Origin: Planctomycetota bacterium
GTDB taxonomy: Bacteria; Planctomycetota; JACOTG01
Assembly: GCA_016178505.1 (NCBI GenBank)
Contig: JACOTG010000253.1
Span: 2,243 to 66,242, forward strand
Length of the DNA stretch: 64,000 bases
Direction of reading: 5' to 3'
Position 1 is the stretch's first letter. Every line of letters starts with the position of its first letter. A model generated the notes under the pieces. That model was not told the DNA's origin and did not search any database. It was given only the letters and a program-made list of their open reading frames with translations. Position numbers and translations under genes: made by a program. This document shows positions 47,710 through 56,862 of this stretch, piece after piece.

Positions 47710-50160
47710 TCAGCGAACGGTGATGCGCGCCGTTCCGATCTGAACGCCGTTCCGGAACAGCACGGCATTCTGGAACTGAAGGGCGGTCTGCAGGAACTCA
47801 CGCGGGAACGTGAACGATGCCGCGACGAGACCCGCCGCATCCGGCGAGAAGGGCACGTCGAAGTCACCCCCAGGTCCGGTGAATCGCACGAGGTAGGCGC
47901 CCGCCGGAACGCGCAAGGCGTCGACGGTTCCCGTGATGTCTCCCTCGTTGGGCCCGACCGTGTTCGTCGTGACGGACGTGCGGAACGTGATTCGCGCAGC
48001 GCCAATCCGACCCAGGATCAAGGCTCGACCCGTGGCGGTCAGACCGGCGTCGATGATCACCTGCCCCACGAGGGTGGTGCCATCGAGGAGATCGAGCGTG
48101 TCCGCCCAGAAGACACGGCGGCGGAAATCGCCGCGGGGAGTGCGGAGCACCGCGGTCACGTTGCCGAGGGCGTTCGGACGAACCGTGCCGAGCGTGATGT
48201 CGCTGAGCGGGCTCGAAAGAACGACGGTGAACCGGCCGGTCGGATTCAGCGGGACGGGGAGGCCCGTGCCGACGAACCGCACCGAGCCCGCAGTTGCCGA
48301 AAACGATCCGGTGATCGTGATGGCGCCGAGACCGGCGACACCGTCACCCGCGATCGGGAGGATCGGCTTCGAGAAGCCAAGTTGATTGTTCACGGTGACG
48401 GCCATCGTCGCCGTCGGACTCGCGTTGTTCGCGGCATCGAATGCGATGGCCGAAATCGTATGCGGGCCGTTGCTCACGGCCGACAGATTTGCCGTCGCCG
48501 CGAAACTCGGCGCGAGTCCCGTAGCGATCGTGGCGCCGCCGTCGAGCGAATAATCGACGCGCGTAACGCCGATGTTGTCGAAGGCGTTCGCCGCGAACTT
48601 CGCCGCGGGGCCGCCGATGAGCACCTTGCCATTCGGCGCGGTGATCGTCACGTCGGGTGCGATCGTGTCCGCCGCGGCCTGGTTAACCGTGAATGCCAGC
48701 GCGCCCGTCGTCTGCGTATTGCCCGTCACGTCCGTGGCGATCGCCTCGATCGTGTGGTTCAAGCCGAGACCGACGGTGTTCACGATGAACTCGTACGGTG
48801 AGCTGATGTCGTCGACGGCCGCGCCGCCATCGAGCTTGAAGCTGACTTTCTTGACGTTCTCGTTGTCGGACGCGTTCGCGACGAACTTCACCAAGCCGTT
48901 GAGCGGGTTCGCGAGGCTCGGAGATGCAAGCGAGACCGTCGGGTTCGTCAGATCGATGAAGCTCGGCGTCGGGCTGGTGACGTTCGGGTGATCGAACGGC
49001 GAGAGCCCGTTGAGAGCGCGAATGTCCGAGATCCCGTTGCGGAGGAACTCGGCGAGGTCGGCCTTCTGTTGAGCCGACAGGCCGAGCGGACGAATGAGCG
49101 GGTCCTGCTGCACGTGGAAGTCGCCCCCGCGATCGTAGAAGTCGACGAGTTGCTCGATGGTTTGGATCTTCCCGCCGTGGAAGAAGGGCGCAGCTGCCGA
49201 CAGGTTGTTCAGAACGCCGGTCTTGAATGCTCCGCGATGGCGTACGCGGCCGGTCGTGTTGAACGTGCCCAAGTCTTCTTCGATCGGCGTCACACCGATG
49301 TTGTGCACCTGACCATCCGAGAAGTTCTCGCCGTTGAGATGGCACTTGTCGCATCGGCCGGCTCCACGGAAGACGTTCCAACCGCTGAACTGCTGCGGCG
49401 TCATCGCGGCCTGGTTGGCGGTTGCCGCCATGACGTGGAAGGGCGATTGATCCGTCAACAGCGAGCGCTCGTATGCGGCGATCGCCTGCCCAAAGCGGTC
49501 GAACGTCACCGATGCCGGCCCGGCGATGGCGTCGCCGAACGCTGCGGCGAAGAGCTGCTGGTAGGACGTTCCCGTCGAGATCGCGCCGTTCAGAGCCTGG
49601 AACTTCGCTTCGATTTCAGCGGGAGTTCGGTTGAGGTGCCCCATCTCGACCGGGCTTCGCGGCGGTCCGACGGCTTGCGCTTCAAGGGAGCCGTTCCGCA
49701 CGACCAGTTGGCCCGGGTTCGTGGTGCTGAAGAAATCCGGACCGGCTCGACGATCCCAGAACTGGTTCGCCTGGAACTGCGTGTTCATGAAGTTCGGAGC
49801 CTGGCGGCCGGTCGTCTGACCGTGGATGCCGATCGAGCCGAACACGTCGTCCGCCGTGCCGAACAGCTCGTCCTTGCCCGGGTTCTTTGCCAGAACATTC
49901 AACGACAGCGGATGCGATCCACCTGCCTCGGGCGTGTGGCAGGATCCGCACGCCACCGTGTCGTCGGAAGACGTCCGGACGTCCCAGAAAAGCTCCTTGC
50001 CGAGCTGGATCTTGGCGGGGTTCTGCGGATTGTCAGCTGGCACCGGCACCGCGTTGAACGGCGTTCCGGTGTTGGCGATGGTCGCTTGCGCAAACATCAG
50101 CGCAGCGCCCGCAGCCGCAAGCGAGACAATCGGACGAATACGCGCACGCACGAGTTTCAT
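47710..50160 (-). CDS. Di-heme cytochrome c peroxidase/MauG-family protein fused to two Big-like Ig domains and a C-terminal beta domain
   Basis: Signal peptide; LGKELFWD, CGSCH, QFWDRRA, SPVEMG, CDKCH and GAFKT...APFFHGG; PTVSLASP and PDVTITAP Ig repeats. Confidence 0.92.
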   Translation of the reverse strand: MKLVRARIRPIVSLAAAGAALMFAQATIANTGTPFNAVPVPADNPQNPAKIQLGKELFWDVRTSSDDTVACGSCHTPEAGGSHPLSLNVLAKNPGKDELFGTADDVFGSIGIHGQTTGRQAPNFMNTQFQANQFWDRRAGPDFFSTTNPGQLVVRNGSLEAQAVGPPRSPVEMGHLNRTPAEIEAKFQALNGAISTGTSYQQLFAAAFGDAIAGPASVTFDRFGQAIAAYERSLLTDQSPFHVMAATANQAAMTPQQFSGWNVFRGAGRCDKCHLNGENFSDGQVHNIGVTPIEEDLGTFNTTGRVRHRGAFKTGVLNNLSAAAPFFHGGKIQTIEQLVDFYDRGGDFHVQQDPLIRPLGLSAQQKADLAEFLRNGISDIRALNGLSPFDHPNVTSPTPSFIDLTNPTVSLASPSLANPLNGLVKFVANASDNENVKKVSFKLDGGAAVDDISSPYEFIVNTVGLGLNHTIEAIATDVTGNTQTTGALAFTVNQAAADTIAPDVTITAPNGKVLIGGPAAKFAANAFDNIGVTRVDYSLDGGATIATGLAPSFAATANLSAVSNGPHTISAIAFDAANNASPTATMAVTVNNQLGFSKPILPIAGDGVAGLGAITITGSFSATAGSVRFVGTGLPVPLNPTGRFTVVLSSPLSDITLGTVRPNALGNVTAVLRTPRGDFRRRVFWADTLDLLDGTTLVGQVIIDAGLTATGRALILGRIGAARITFRTSVTTNTVGPNEGDITGTVDALRVPAGAYLVRFTGPGGDFDVPFSPDAAGLVAASFTFPREFLQTALQFQNAVLFRNGVQIGTARITVR

Positions 50161-50555
50161 AGACTACCCCTTTCGATGCTATGGCTCCCCAATGTGACCG
50201 ACACCACTTCACACGACAACCCCGCGAAAAGGCAGTCCCTTTCGCGGTCTGAAACCAGTGCTGACTTGCCACGAGCTCGACGACTGGAGTGTGAGTCGCG
50301 GTTGGGACGCTAACTTTTCGCCAGATTCTCCGCGACTCGGCTCCCCGTCGAATTCAATTCCCCAAAGACAACCGCTTCGGCGCTGATGTGCTTCCAGACG
50401 CCGGACGGCAGGCTACACGATTCGCGCGTCGAGAATCAAGACCCACGGGATTTTCCTAGTGTGCGCCATCGGGCAGGTCGGCCAGGAGCCGGGTCGCGCG
50501 TTTCAGTTCGCTTCGATGCGTTGCCGTCTTTTCATCGAGACGGCGCGTTCGTAAG

Positions 50556-52091
50556 ATGAGCCGCTCGACTTCCGAGAGAGAGGGTCCGCGCAATGATCGA
50601 AACGCCAGAGACCGACATCGAGCGCCGTCCGCAATGCCGCGCCCGGAGCCCAAGAAACATGCTCTTCGAGGTCATCCAGTGACCGCCGATCGCCGCGCCG
50701 CTCGTGCGATCGAGAACGAACCCGAAGCCCCAGCAGTTCCGCAGACCGCCGAAGGCCGGCTCTACAAGCGCATCAACGATTTCATCCGCATTTGGGTCGA
50801 TCCGTTTCGGAAGCTCGCGCCCGAGGCGTTGCGCGTCTGGGAAGCGAAGCCGGCTGGCTACCACGGTCCATTCGATCGATCGGAGCCGGCGATGCTGCTC
50901 TTCAACGATTTCTTCGTTCACGACTATCGCGTGCCGGGTCCGGGCAATGGCGCGACCGTGCTCGAGCTGTTCCGCGCGCGGCACGGCATGCAACTTCCTC
51001 ACGACGAGCGATTCCTGCTCGAGGATTGGATCGCGACGCACCTGTCGGTCTACGAAGTGCGGCGCGTCCGGACCGATCCCGCCGCCGAGGCGGGCGTCGA
51101 CGTCGTCGACCTTCTGACCGGCGGTCGCCGCTTCGTACACGACGTCGCCGCATCTAAGGGAATGGTTCGGTTCGACGTCTTCCTCGGTCGGATCAAGAGC
51201 AGCGGTGGGGCTCTGACGCTCTCGGGCGCGGCGCTGTTCGTCCCTCGAGAATTGTTGCCGGAGTTTCGGCGTCGACTCGATCGCGCACTCGCCGAATTCC
51301 GCGACGAGAATCCCGACGCGTCGTGGCCGGCTTTCCTGAAGTCCGAGGCGGCAGTCGTTCGCCAGCTCCTTCGCGAAGTGATCGACGGGATTCGCTCGTC
51401 CGTTCTCGCCGGCGGCGGGAGGCTGGCTCCAAGCGAAGCGTTGTATGACGTGCTCGACTCCGGAAAAGTCGAGACGGCGCTGGGCCAATCGGACGATTTC
51501 AAGGATGCGCCGGGGGCTCCACGAGGTGGTCGACGATTCCACTGGGTTGCGTCCGGGCAGTCCGTCGAGGGAGAGTCGTCGCCCGGGGGAAAGCGGCCCG
51601 ATGCCGTCCTCCAAAGCGTGTGGGTCTCGCCCGACGGCAAGGAGAAGCGCATCGTCGAAGGCGAAGTGCGCTTCGCGCAAGGGTACCTCGCGGCATCGGC
51701 GCTTTCGTGGGACCGGCTCCGCCGCCTTCGCGAGGTGCTCGAGGCACGGCTCGGCGCGACCATTCGGTATCGACGGTCCACCACGCGCGAGGCCGTTCCC
51801 TCTCCAGCCCCGCCGCTGGCGATGCCGCGGATTCCCGCTCGAGTCGAGGGGCAAGGGCTCTCGGTCGAGGCAGAAAAAGAAGTCGATCGCTGGCTCGACC
51901 AACCGCAGGCGGCGCTCGGCGGCAAGACGCCGCGCGCCCTATGCTCGGACCCGGACGGCAAGCGAATCGTCGAGGAAGCGCTCAAAGACGTCGAGAACCG
52001 CGAGCGACGCGCTTCGAAAACGCAGCACGACGCACCGTTTTCGGCGAGCATCCGCGCGAAGCTCGGCATCGTCGACGAGACCGGAGGGTGA
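50556..52091 (+). CDS. Hypothetical protein with a C-terminal Xre/MbcA/ParS-antitoxin-like helical domain
   Basis: C-terminal WLDQPQAALGGKTPR...IRAKLGI; central SVYEV...DLLTG..FVHD. Start is uncertain. Confidence 0.7.
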   Translation: MSRSTSEREGPRNDRNARDRHRAPSAMPRPEPKKHALRGHPVTADRRAARAIENEPEAPAVPQTAEGRLYKRINDFIRIWVDPFRKLAPEALRVWEAKPAGYHGPFDRSEPAMLLFNDFFVHDYRVPGPGNGATVLELFRARHGMQLPHDERFLLEDWIATHLSVYEVRRVRTDPAAEAGVDVVDLLTGGRRFVHDVAASKGMVRFDVFLGRIKSSGGALTLSGAALFVPRELLPEFRRRLDRALAEFRDENPDASWPAFLKSEAAVVRQLLREVIDGIRSSVLAGGGRLAPSEALYDVLDSGKVETALGQSDDFKDAPGAPRGGRRFHWVASGQSVEGESSPGGKRPDAVLQSVWVSPDGKEKRIVEGEVRFAQGYLAASALSWDRLRRLREVLEARLGATIRYRRSTTREAVPSPAPPLAMPRIPARVEGQGLSVEAEKEVDRWLDQPQAALGGKTPRALCSDPDGKRIVEEALKDVENRERRASKTQHDAPFSASIRAKLGIVDETGG

Positions 52092-52182
52092 CGATTGGCT
52101 GCCTCGACGCGGAAGCGGTCGCGCGAGATACTAACCGCGCGTCTTTTCGAGAACGGTCGTCGTCGTCGATCGACCCCTCAAG

Positions 52183-53538
52183 GTGGCTGACGTCGTGAAC
52201 ATCGATTCGTCGGGTGGGAACACGGGAGTCCTTTCGGAGCCGTCGTACCCCGATTCGCATTGGGAGGCGACGAGCAGCGCACTCGCGTGGGCGCTCGAGG
52301 CGATCCCGCTCTATGCTGGCCACGCCAGGCACGGAGACCGCACGCGCATCGCGACGGCATCGATGGACGCGGACGCCACGAAGTGCTTGCTTCGCGAGTT
52401 GCCGATCCTGTCGAAGCAGGACATCCGATTGCACTTTCCGAAGCAGCTCCTTCCCACGGGGTTCGACTGGCGCGCCGCCGTCGAGCGCAATGAAGCCGTG
52501 CTCGTCGCGACGTCGGGCACGACCGACGAGCGGCTGCAGCTCCTTTGGGAGGAGGGCTGGTGGGAGCGGCAAGAGCGAGCTGCACTGTGCCTTCATCCTG
52601 CGGTCCGGCTCGTCCTCTCGCGGGATTACCGGGAGGCCGTTCTCACGAGCCCGCTGTGTTCGGGGACGACGTGCCACTCGGGGCCGACGCCGCTTGCCGA
52701 GCGAACGATCGGAAACCTGCTCTTCCTGAACCAGCGCGGGGACCCGACGTACTGGACCGATTCGGACGTCCGCACGATGGTGAGCGAACTGAATGCGTTC
52801 GAGCCCGACGGGCTCGAGGCGGATCCGGCATATCTCGCGGAGCTGTGCCGTCGCGCGCGACGTCTCGGCCTCGATCTTCACCAGCCGAGCTACGTGACTT
52901 TGTCGTACGAGTTCGTGTCCGGGCTCCACCGGCGCGAGATCGCGAAAGCGTTGAGTGCGCCGCTCCTGAATCTCTACGGCTCGACCGAGGCGGGGGTCCT
53001 CTTCATGGAGTGCGAGCGCGGGCTCTTGCACCACAACCACGACTACTCCCACGTCGAGCTCGTGCCGTCCGGCCTTTTCGGTGCGCCGACGTCTCTCGCT
53101 CGCGTGCTCGTCACGCAGTTGTCCAATCGATTCACGCCGCTGTTGCGCTACGACATCGGCGACTTGGCCTTCGTCGAAGCTCGCGGTTGCGACTGCGGCG
53201 CCGGCGACGGCTGGGTCCTCCGGTCGATCGAAGGACGGTTGAAGGACGTCACGACGACGACGCGATCCGAAGCGGTGACCGTCGGGGAGCTCGATCGCGA
53301 GATATCGCAGACCCGCGAGCTCGCGGCCTATCAAGTCATCCAGGAGCGAGATCGCGGACGCTGGCTCATTCGCTGGGTTGCCGGCGACGACGCGCGGGGC
53401 ACGGACGAAATCGAGCGAGAGATCACCGATCGCATGCGTGTGCTCTATGGCGCCGACGCGCACGTCGAGTGCCGGCGCGAGCGGTTCATCGCTCCCGAGC
53501 CATCCGGCAAGTACCGCCTCGCGATGCGAAAGCCGTGA
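52183..53538 (+). CDS. Phenylacetate-CoA ligase (PaaK)-like adenylate-forming enzyme
   Basis: TSGTT, YGSTEAG, RYDIGD, EGR and SGKYR motifs. Confidence 0.85.
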   Translation: MADVVNIDSSGGNTGVLSEPSYPDSHWEATSSALAWALEAIPLYAGHARHGDRTRIATASMDADATKCLLRELPILSKQDIRLHFPKQLLPTGFDWRAAVERNEAVLVATSGTTDERLQLLWEEGWWERQERAALCLHPAVRLVLSRDYREAVLTSPLCSGTTCHSGPTPLAERTIGNLLFLNQRGDPTYWTDSDVRTMVSELNAFEPDGLEADPAYLAELCRRARRLGLDLHQPSYVTLSYEFVSGLHRREIAKALSAPLLNLYGSTEAGVLFMECERGLLHHNHDYSHVELVPSGLFGAPTSLARVLVTQLSNRFTPLLRYDIGDLAFVEARGCDCGAGDGWVLRSIEGRLKDVTTTTRSEAVTVGELDREISQTRELAAYQVIQERDRGRWLIRWVAGDDARGTDEIEREITDRMRVLYGADAHVECRRERFIAPEPSGKYRLAMRKP

Positions 53539-54722
53539 CACCGCGCAACGACTTTCCGCTGCTGGAGCGCCAAGTCGACGGCCGTCGAATCACGTACCTC
53601 GACAGCGCATCGACGACGCCGAAGCCCCGCGCCGTCATCGACGCGGTTCGCCGCTACTACGAGAACCACACCGCGAACGTCCACCGCGGCGCGCACGTGC
53701 TTTCCGAGGAGACGACCTCGCGGTACGAGGAGGCGCGCTTCTCGATTGCCGCTCTCGTCGGCGCGGCTCCCAACGAGATCGTTTTCGTTCGCAACACGAC
53801 GGAGGCGATCAACCTCGTCGCCCACGGACTCGGGCTGTCTTCCGAAGACGAGATCGTGACGACAGCGCTCGAACATCACTCGAATTATCTGCCGTGGCGG
53901 CTGCATGCTCGTGCGGTGCCGCTGCCGCTCGACGAGGATGGCGTCCCGCGATACGAACTGCTGCGTGAGCGTTTGACGTCCCGCACGAAGCTCGCTGCGG
54001 TCGCGCACGTGTCGAACGTGACGGGCGTCGTGGCGCCGATCGAGCGCTGGATCGAAGAGAGCCACGCGCGGGGCGTGCCCGTTCTGCTCGACGCGAGCCA
54101 ATCGGTCAGCCATCTCCCCGTCGACGTGAAGGCGCTCGACGTCGACTTCTTCGCGTTCTCGTCACACAAGATGCTTGGGCCATCGGGGGTGGGCGCGCTC
54201 TACGCGAAAGCCGACTGGCTCGAGCGCTTCCCGCTCTATCAGGTCGGAGGAGGAATGGTGGCGCGCCACGACGACGACCGATTCGAGCCGCGCGAGGTGC
54301 CGTTTCGCTTCGAGGCCGGGACGCCGGCGATCGAGGCGACCATCGGATTTGGTGAGGCCGCGTCATATCTGCGCGCGATCGGGATGGAGCGGGTCGCGGA
54401 GCATTCGCGCAGGATCGGCGCGGAGATGGTCGATTCGCTCCGGTCGATCCCCGGCGTGCGGCTTTTCGGCGCGTCCATTCCACCCGAGCGTCGGATCGGA
54501 CTCGCCACGTTCACCTTGGACGTCGGCGATCTCGCGCAACGCGACGTCGCGCGCCTTCTCTCGGACGGGCATCAAGTGATCGTTTCCGGCGGCCTCCATT
54601 GCGCTCACCTCTTTCATCAGCGGATGACCGTCGCGGGAACCGTTCGAGCGTCGTCGCACGTCTTCAACGATTCTTCCGACGTCGCGAGGCTCGCCGCCGC
54701 CGTACGAGAAATCGCCTCGTGA
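53535..54722 (+). CDS. SufS/CsdA-like PLP cysteine desulfurase or selenocysteine lyase
   Basis: GTGA overlap with the upstream gene; YLDSASTT, EHHSN, SSHKMLGPSG, FEAGTP and GGLHCAH motifs. Confidence 0.9.
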   Translation: MTPRNDFPLLERQVDGRRITYLDSASTTPKPRAVIDAVRRYYENHTANVHRGAHVLSEETTSRYEEARFSIAALVGAAPNEIVFVRNTTEAINLVAHGLGLSSEDEIVTTALEHHSNYLPWRLHARAVPLPLDEDGVPRYELLRERLTSRTKLAAVAHVSNVTGVVAPIERWIEESHARGVPVLLDASQSVSHLPVDVKALDVDFFAFSSHKMLGPSGVGALYAKADWLERFPLYQVGGGMVARHDDDRFEPREVPFRFEAGTPAIEATIGFGEAASYLRAIGMERVAEHSRRIGAEMVDSLRSIPGVRLFGASIPPERRIGLATFTLDVGDLAQRDVARLLSDGHQVIVSGGLHCAHLFHQRMTVAGTVRASSHVFNDSSDVARLAAAVREIAS

Positions 54723-55399
54723 CCGTGCCCGGCAACGTGTTCTTGATCGCGTACGGACGGCTCAACAAGGCCGAGCGCCGCTTCCACGAGGAAGCGGTGA
54801 AGGCGACCGGCAAGGAATCGCCGCTGGTCGGGTTCATCGGCGCTGCAAGCGGTGATCACCGCGGGTACATCGAATCCATCGAGTCCTACTTTCGCGACGC
54901 GTTTCGCGCCGAGGTCCAGCCGATCTATCTCTCGCGGGATCCGATGCCGAAGTCCGACGCCGAAGCGATCGTTGCGCGAGCCGACATCCTTTATTTCGGT
55001 GGCGGGGACGTCTCTGTCTTGGTGAGGACGGTGCGCGCGGCTGGACTCGAGTCGGCGTTGCGAGGTCGTCATGAGGAAGGCGCCGTCGTGATCGGAGTAT
55101 CCGCGGGCGCGATCGGGCTCTGCCGCTACTGGATCGAGTGGCCGGATCCGCCGACGCCGGACGCACCGTTCGAGGGCGCGATGCTGTTGCCTGCGCTAGC
55201 GATCGTTCCCAATCTGGTCTGCGACGTTCACGACGTCGAGGACGATTGGGGCGAGCTGCGGACGCTCGTCGCGCTTCTCGAGACGCGCGACGAAAAACTC
55301 ACCGCATACGGCATTCCGGGCGGCGGCGCGCTCGTCGTGGACGGCAACGGCCGCGTGCGCGGAATGGGTCGACGCAAAGTCGTGATCGCGGAGCCTTAA
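54719..55399 (+). CDS. Peptidase S51-like protein; paralog of 31103-31843
   Basis: GTGA overlap; FIGAASGD, YFGGGD, GVSAGA and DVH motifs. Confidence 0.8.
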   Translation: MTVPGNVFLIAYGRLNKAERRFHEEAVKATGKESPLVGFIGAASGDHRGYIESIESYFRDAFRAEVQPIYLSRDPMPKSDAEAIVARADILYFGGGDVSVLVRTVRAAGLESALRGRHEEGAVVIGVSAGAIGLCRYWIEWPDPPTPDAPFEGAMLLPALAIVPNLVCDVHDVEDDWGELRTLVALLETRDEKLTAYGIPGGGALVVDGNGRVRGMGRRKVVIAEP

Positions 55400-55507
55400 C
55401 AATCGCTCTATGCCGAGTTCTCGATTTCTTCACCCGCGTCGTGCATCTTGATCCGCCAGAGTCTCGGATCGAATCGTCACATTTCTGACAGCGCCGGCGA
55501 GGTAAGC

Positions 55508-56215
55508 GTGAAGTATCCGGGGAAGCTGATCATCGTCGAGGGGATCGACGGCTCGGGAAAGAGCACGCAGCTCATCCTCCTTCGTCAATGGCTCGAGTCG
55601 GAGGGATACGGCGCCTTCTTCAGCGAGTGGAACTCGTCGCCGATCGTTCGCGAAACGACTCGTCGCGGCAAGAAGCAACGGATGCTCACCCCGACGACGT
55701 TCAGCCTCATTCACGCGACCGATTTCGCCGATCGCACGGCGCACGACATCTTGCCGCCGCTCAAGGCGGGGGCGCTCGTGTGCGCGGACCGGTACGTCTA
55801 CACCGCGTTTGCGCGCGACGTTGTCCGGGGCGTCAGCAGCCGGTGGGTTCGCAGCCTCTATCGATTCGCCGTGAAGCCCGACGCCGCGTTCTACTTCCGA
55901 GTTTCGCTCGACGTCGCAATGAAGCGCATCCTCGGGGGCCGAGACGCGATCAAGTACTACGAAGCAGGAATGGACCTTGGACTCGCACCCACGCCCGAGG
56001 AGAGCTTTCCGATCTTCCAGGCGCGGATCATCCAGGAATATGAGCGGATGGTCGGCGAGTTCGGTCTGACGGTGATCGACGCGACGGGCTCGATCGAATC
56101 TCAACAGGCACAGATGCGCGAGTACGTGAAGCAAAACGTCCTACCGGGCGTGAAAAAGATGAAAGTGCGGCGATGGGTAAACCTGAGTTCTACGGTGAGG
56201 GGCTTCCGGGAATAG
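55508..56215 (+). CDS. Thymidylate-kinase-like protein 1
   Basis: EGIDGSGKST, ATDFADR, DRYVYTAFARD and YYEAGMDL motifs. Confidence 0.9.
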   Translation: MKYPGKLIIVEGIDGSGKSTQLILLRQWLESEGYGAFFSEWNSSPIVRETTRRGKKQRMLTPTTFSLIHATDFADRTAHDILPPLKAGALVCADRYVYTAFARDVVRGVSSRWVRSLYRFAVKPDAAFYFRVSLDVAMKRILGGRDAIKYYEAGMDLGLAPTPEESFPIFQARIIQEYERMVGEFGLTVIDATGSIESQQAQMREYVKQNVLPGVKKMKVRRWVNLSSTVRGFRE

Positions 56216-56862
56216 ACCTCTCGGAGCTGCGCGGCAAGCTGATCGTCCTCGAAGGGACGGACGGAGTCGGCCGCACGACGCAGGTGGCGCTTCTGCGGAG
56301 CTGGCTCGAATCGAACGGCCACGCGGTCCTCGACACGGGCATGACGCGCTCGGCACTCGCGGGTCGCGGTCTCCGTCAGGCAAAGGCGGGACACACGCTC
56401 GACGCGACGACACTGGCGGTCTTCTACGCAACGGACTTCGCGGATCGTCTCGAGAACGAGATGATCCCGGCGCTCCGCGCGGGCTTCGTCGTGCTCACCG
56501 ATCGCTACATCTACTCGCTGATCGCCCGCGCCATCGTTCGCGGAGCGGACCCGGGTTGGATTCACGACGTCTACGGATTCGCGCTCGTGCCCGACGCGAT
56601 CTTCTACCTCAGAATCAGCATCGAGGACCTCATCCCGCGCGTGCTGCACTCGACGGGCTTCGACTATTGGGAATCCGGAATGGACCTGCGACTCGGCGAG
56701 GATCGATACGACTCGTTCGTCGCGTACCAGAGCCGGATCCTCGCGCAGTTCGACGCGATGGCCGCGGGCTACGGCTTCGAGACGCTCGACGCTTCGCAGT
56801 CGATCGAGAAGCTGTTCGAGTCCCTGCAAACCCGAGTGGAGGCGGTGCTCACCAGGAAATGA
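56173..56862 (+). CDS. Thymidylate-kinase-like protein 2 (Walker A Lys replaced by Arg)
   Basis: EGTDGVGRTT, ATDFADR, DRYIYSLIAR and YWESGMDL motifs. Confidence 0.9.
   Translation: MGKPEFYGEGLPGIDLSELRGKLIVLEGTDGVGRTTQVALLRSWLESNGHAVLDTGMTRSALAGRGLRQAKAGHTLDATTLAVFYATDFADRLENEMIPALRAGFVVLTDRYIYSLIARAIVRGADPGWIHDVYGFALVPDAIFYLRISIEDLIPRVLHSTGFDYWESGMDLRLGEDRYDSFVAYQSRILAQFDAMAAGYGFETLDASQSIEKLFESLQTRVEAVLTRK

Noticed and set aside
50556-52091. RES-Xre toxin-antitoxin system
   Set aside because: Only a small antitoxin-like C-terminal domain is present on a large protein, with no RES toxin adjacent.
55508-56862. Gene symbol tmk
   Set aside because: Tandem duplication, divergent motifs and linkage to ppx argue against a housekeeping dTMP kinase.
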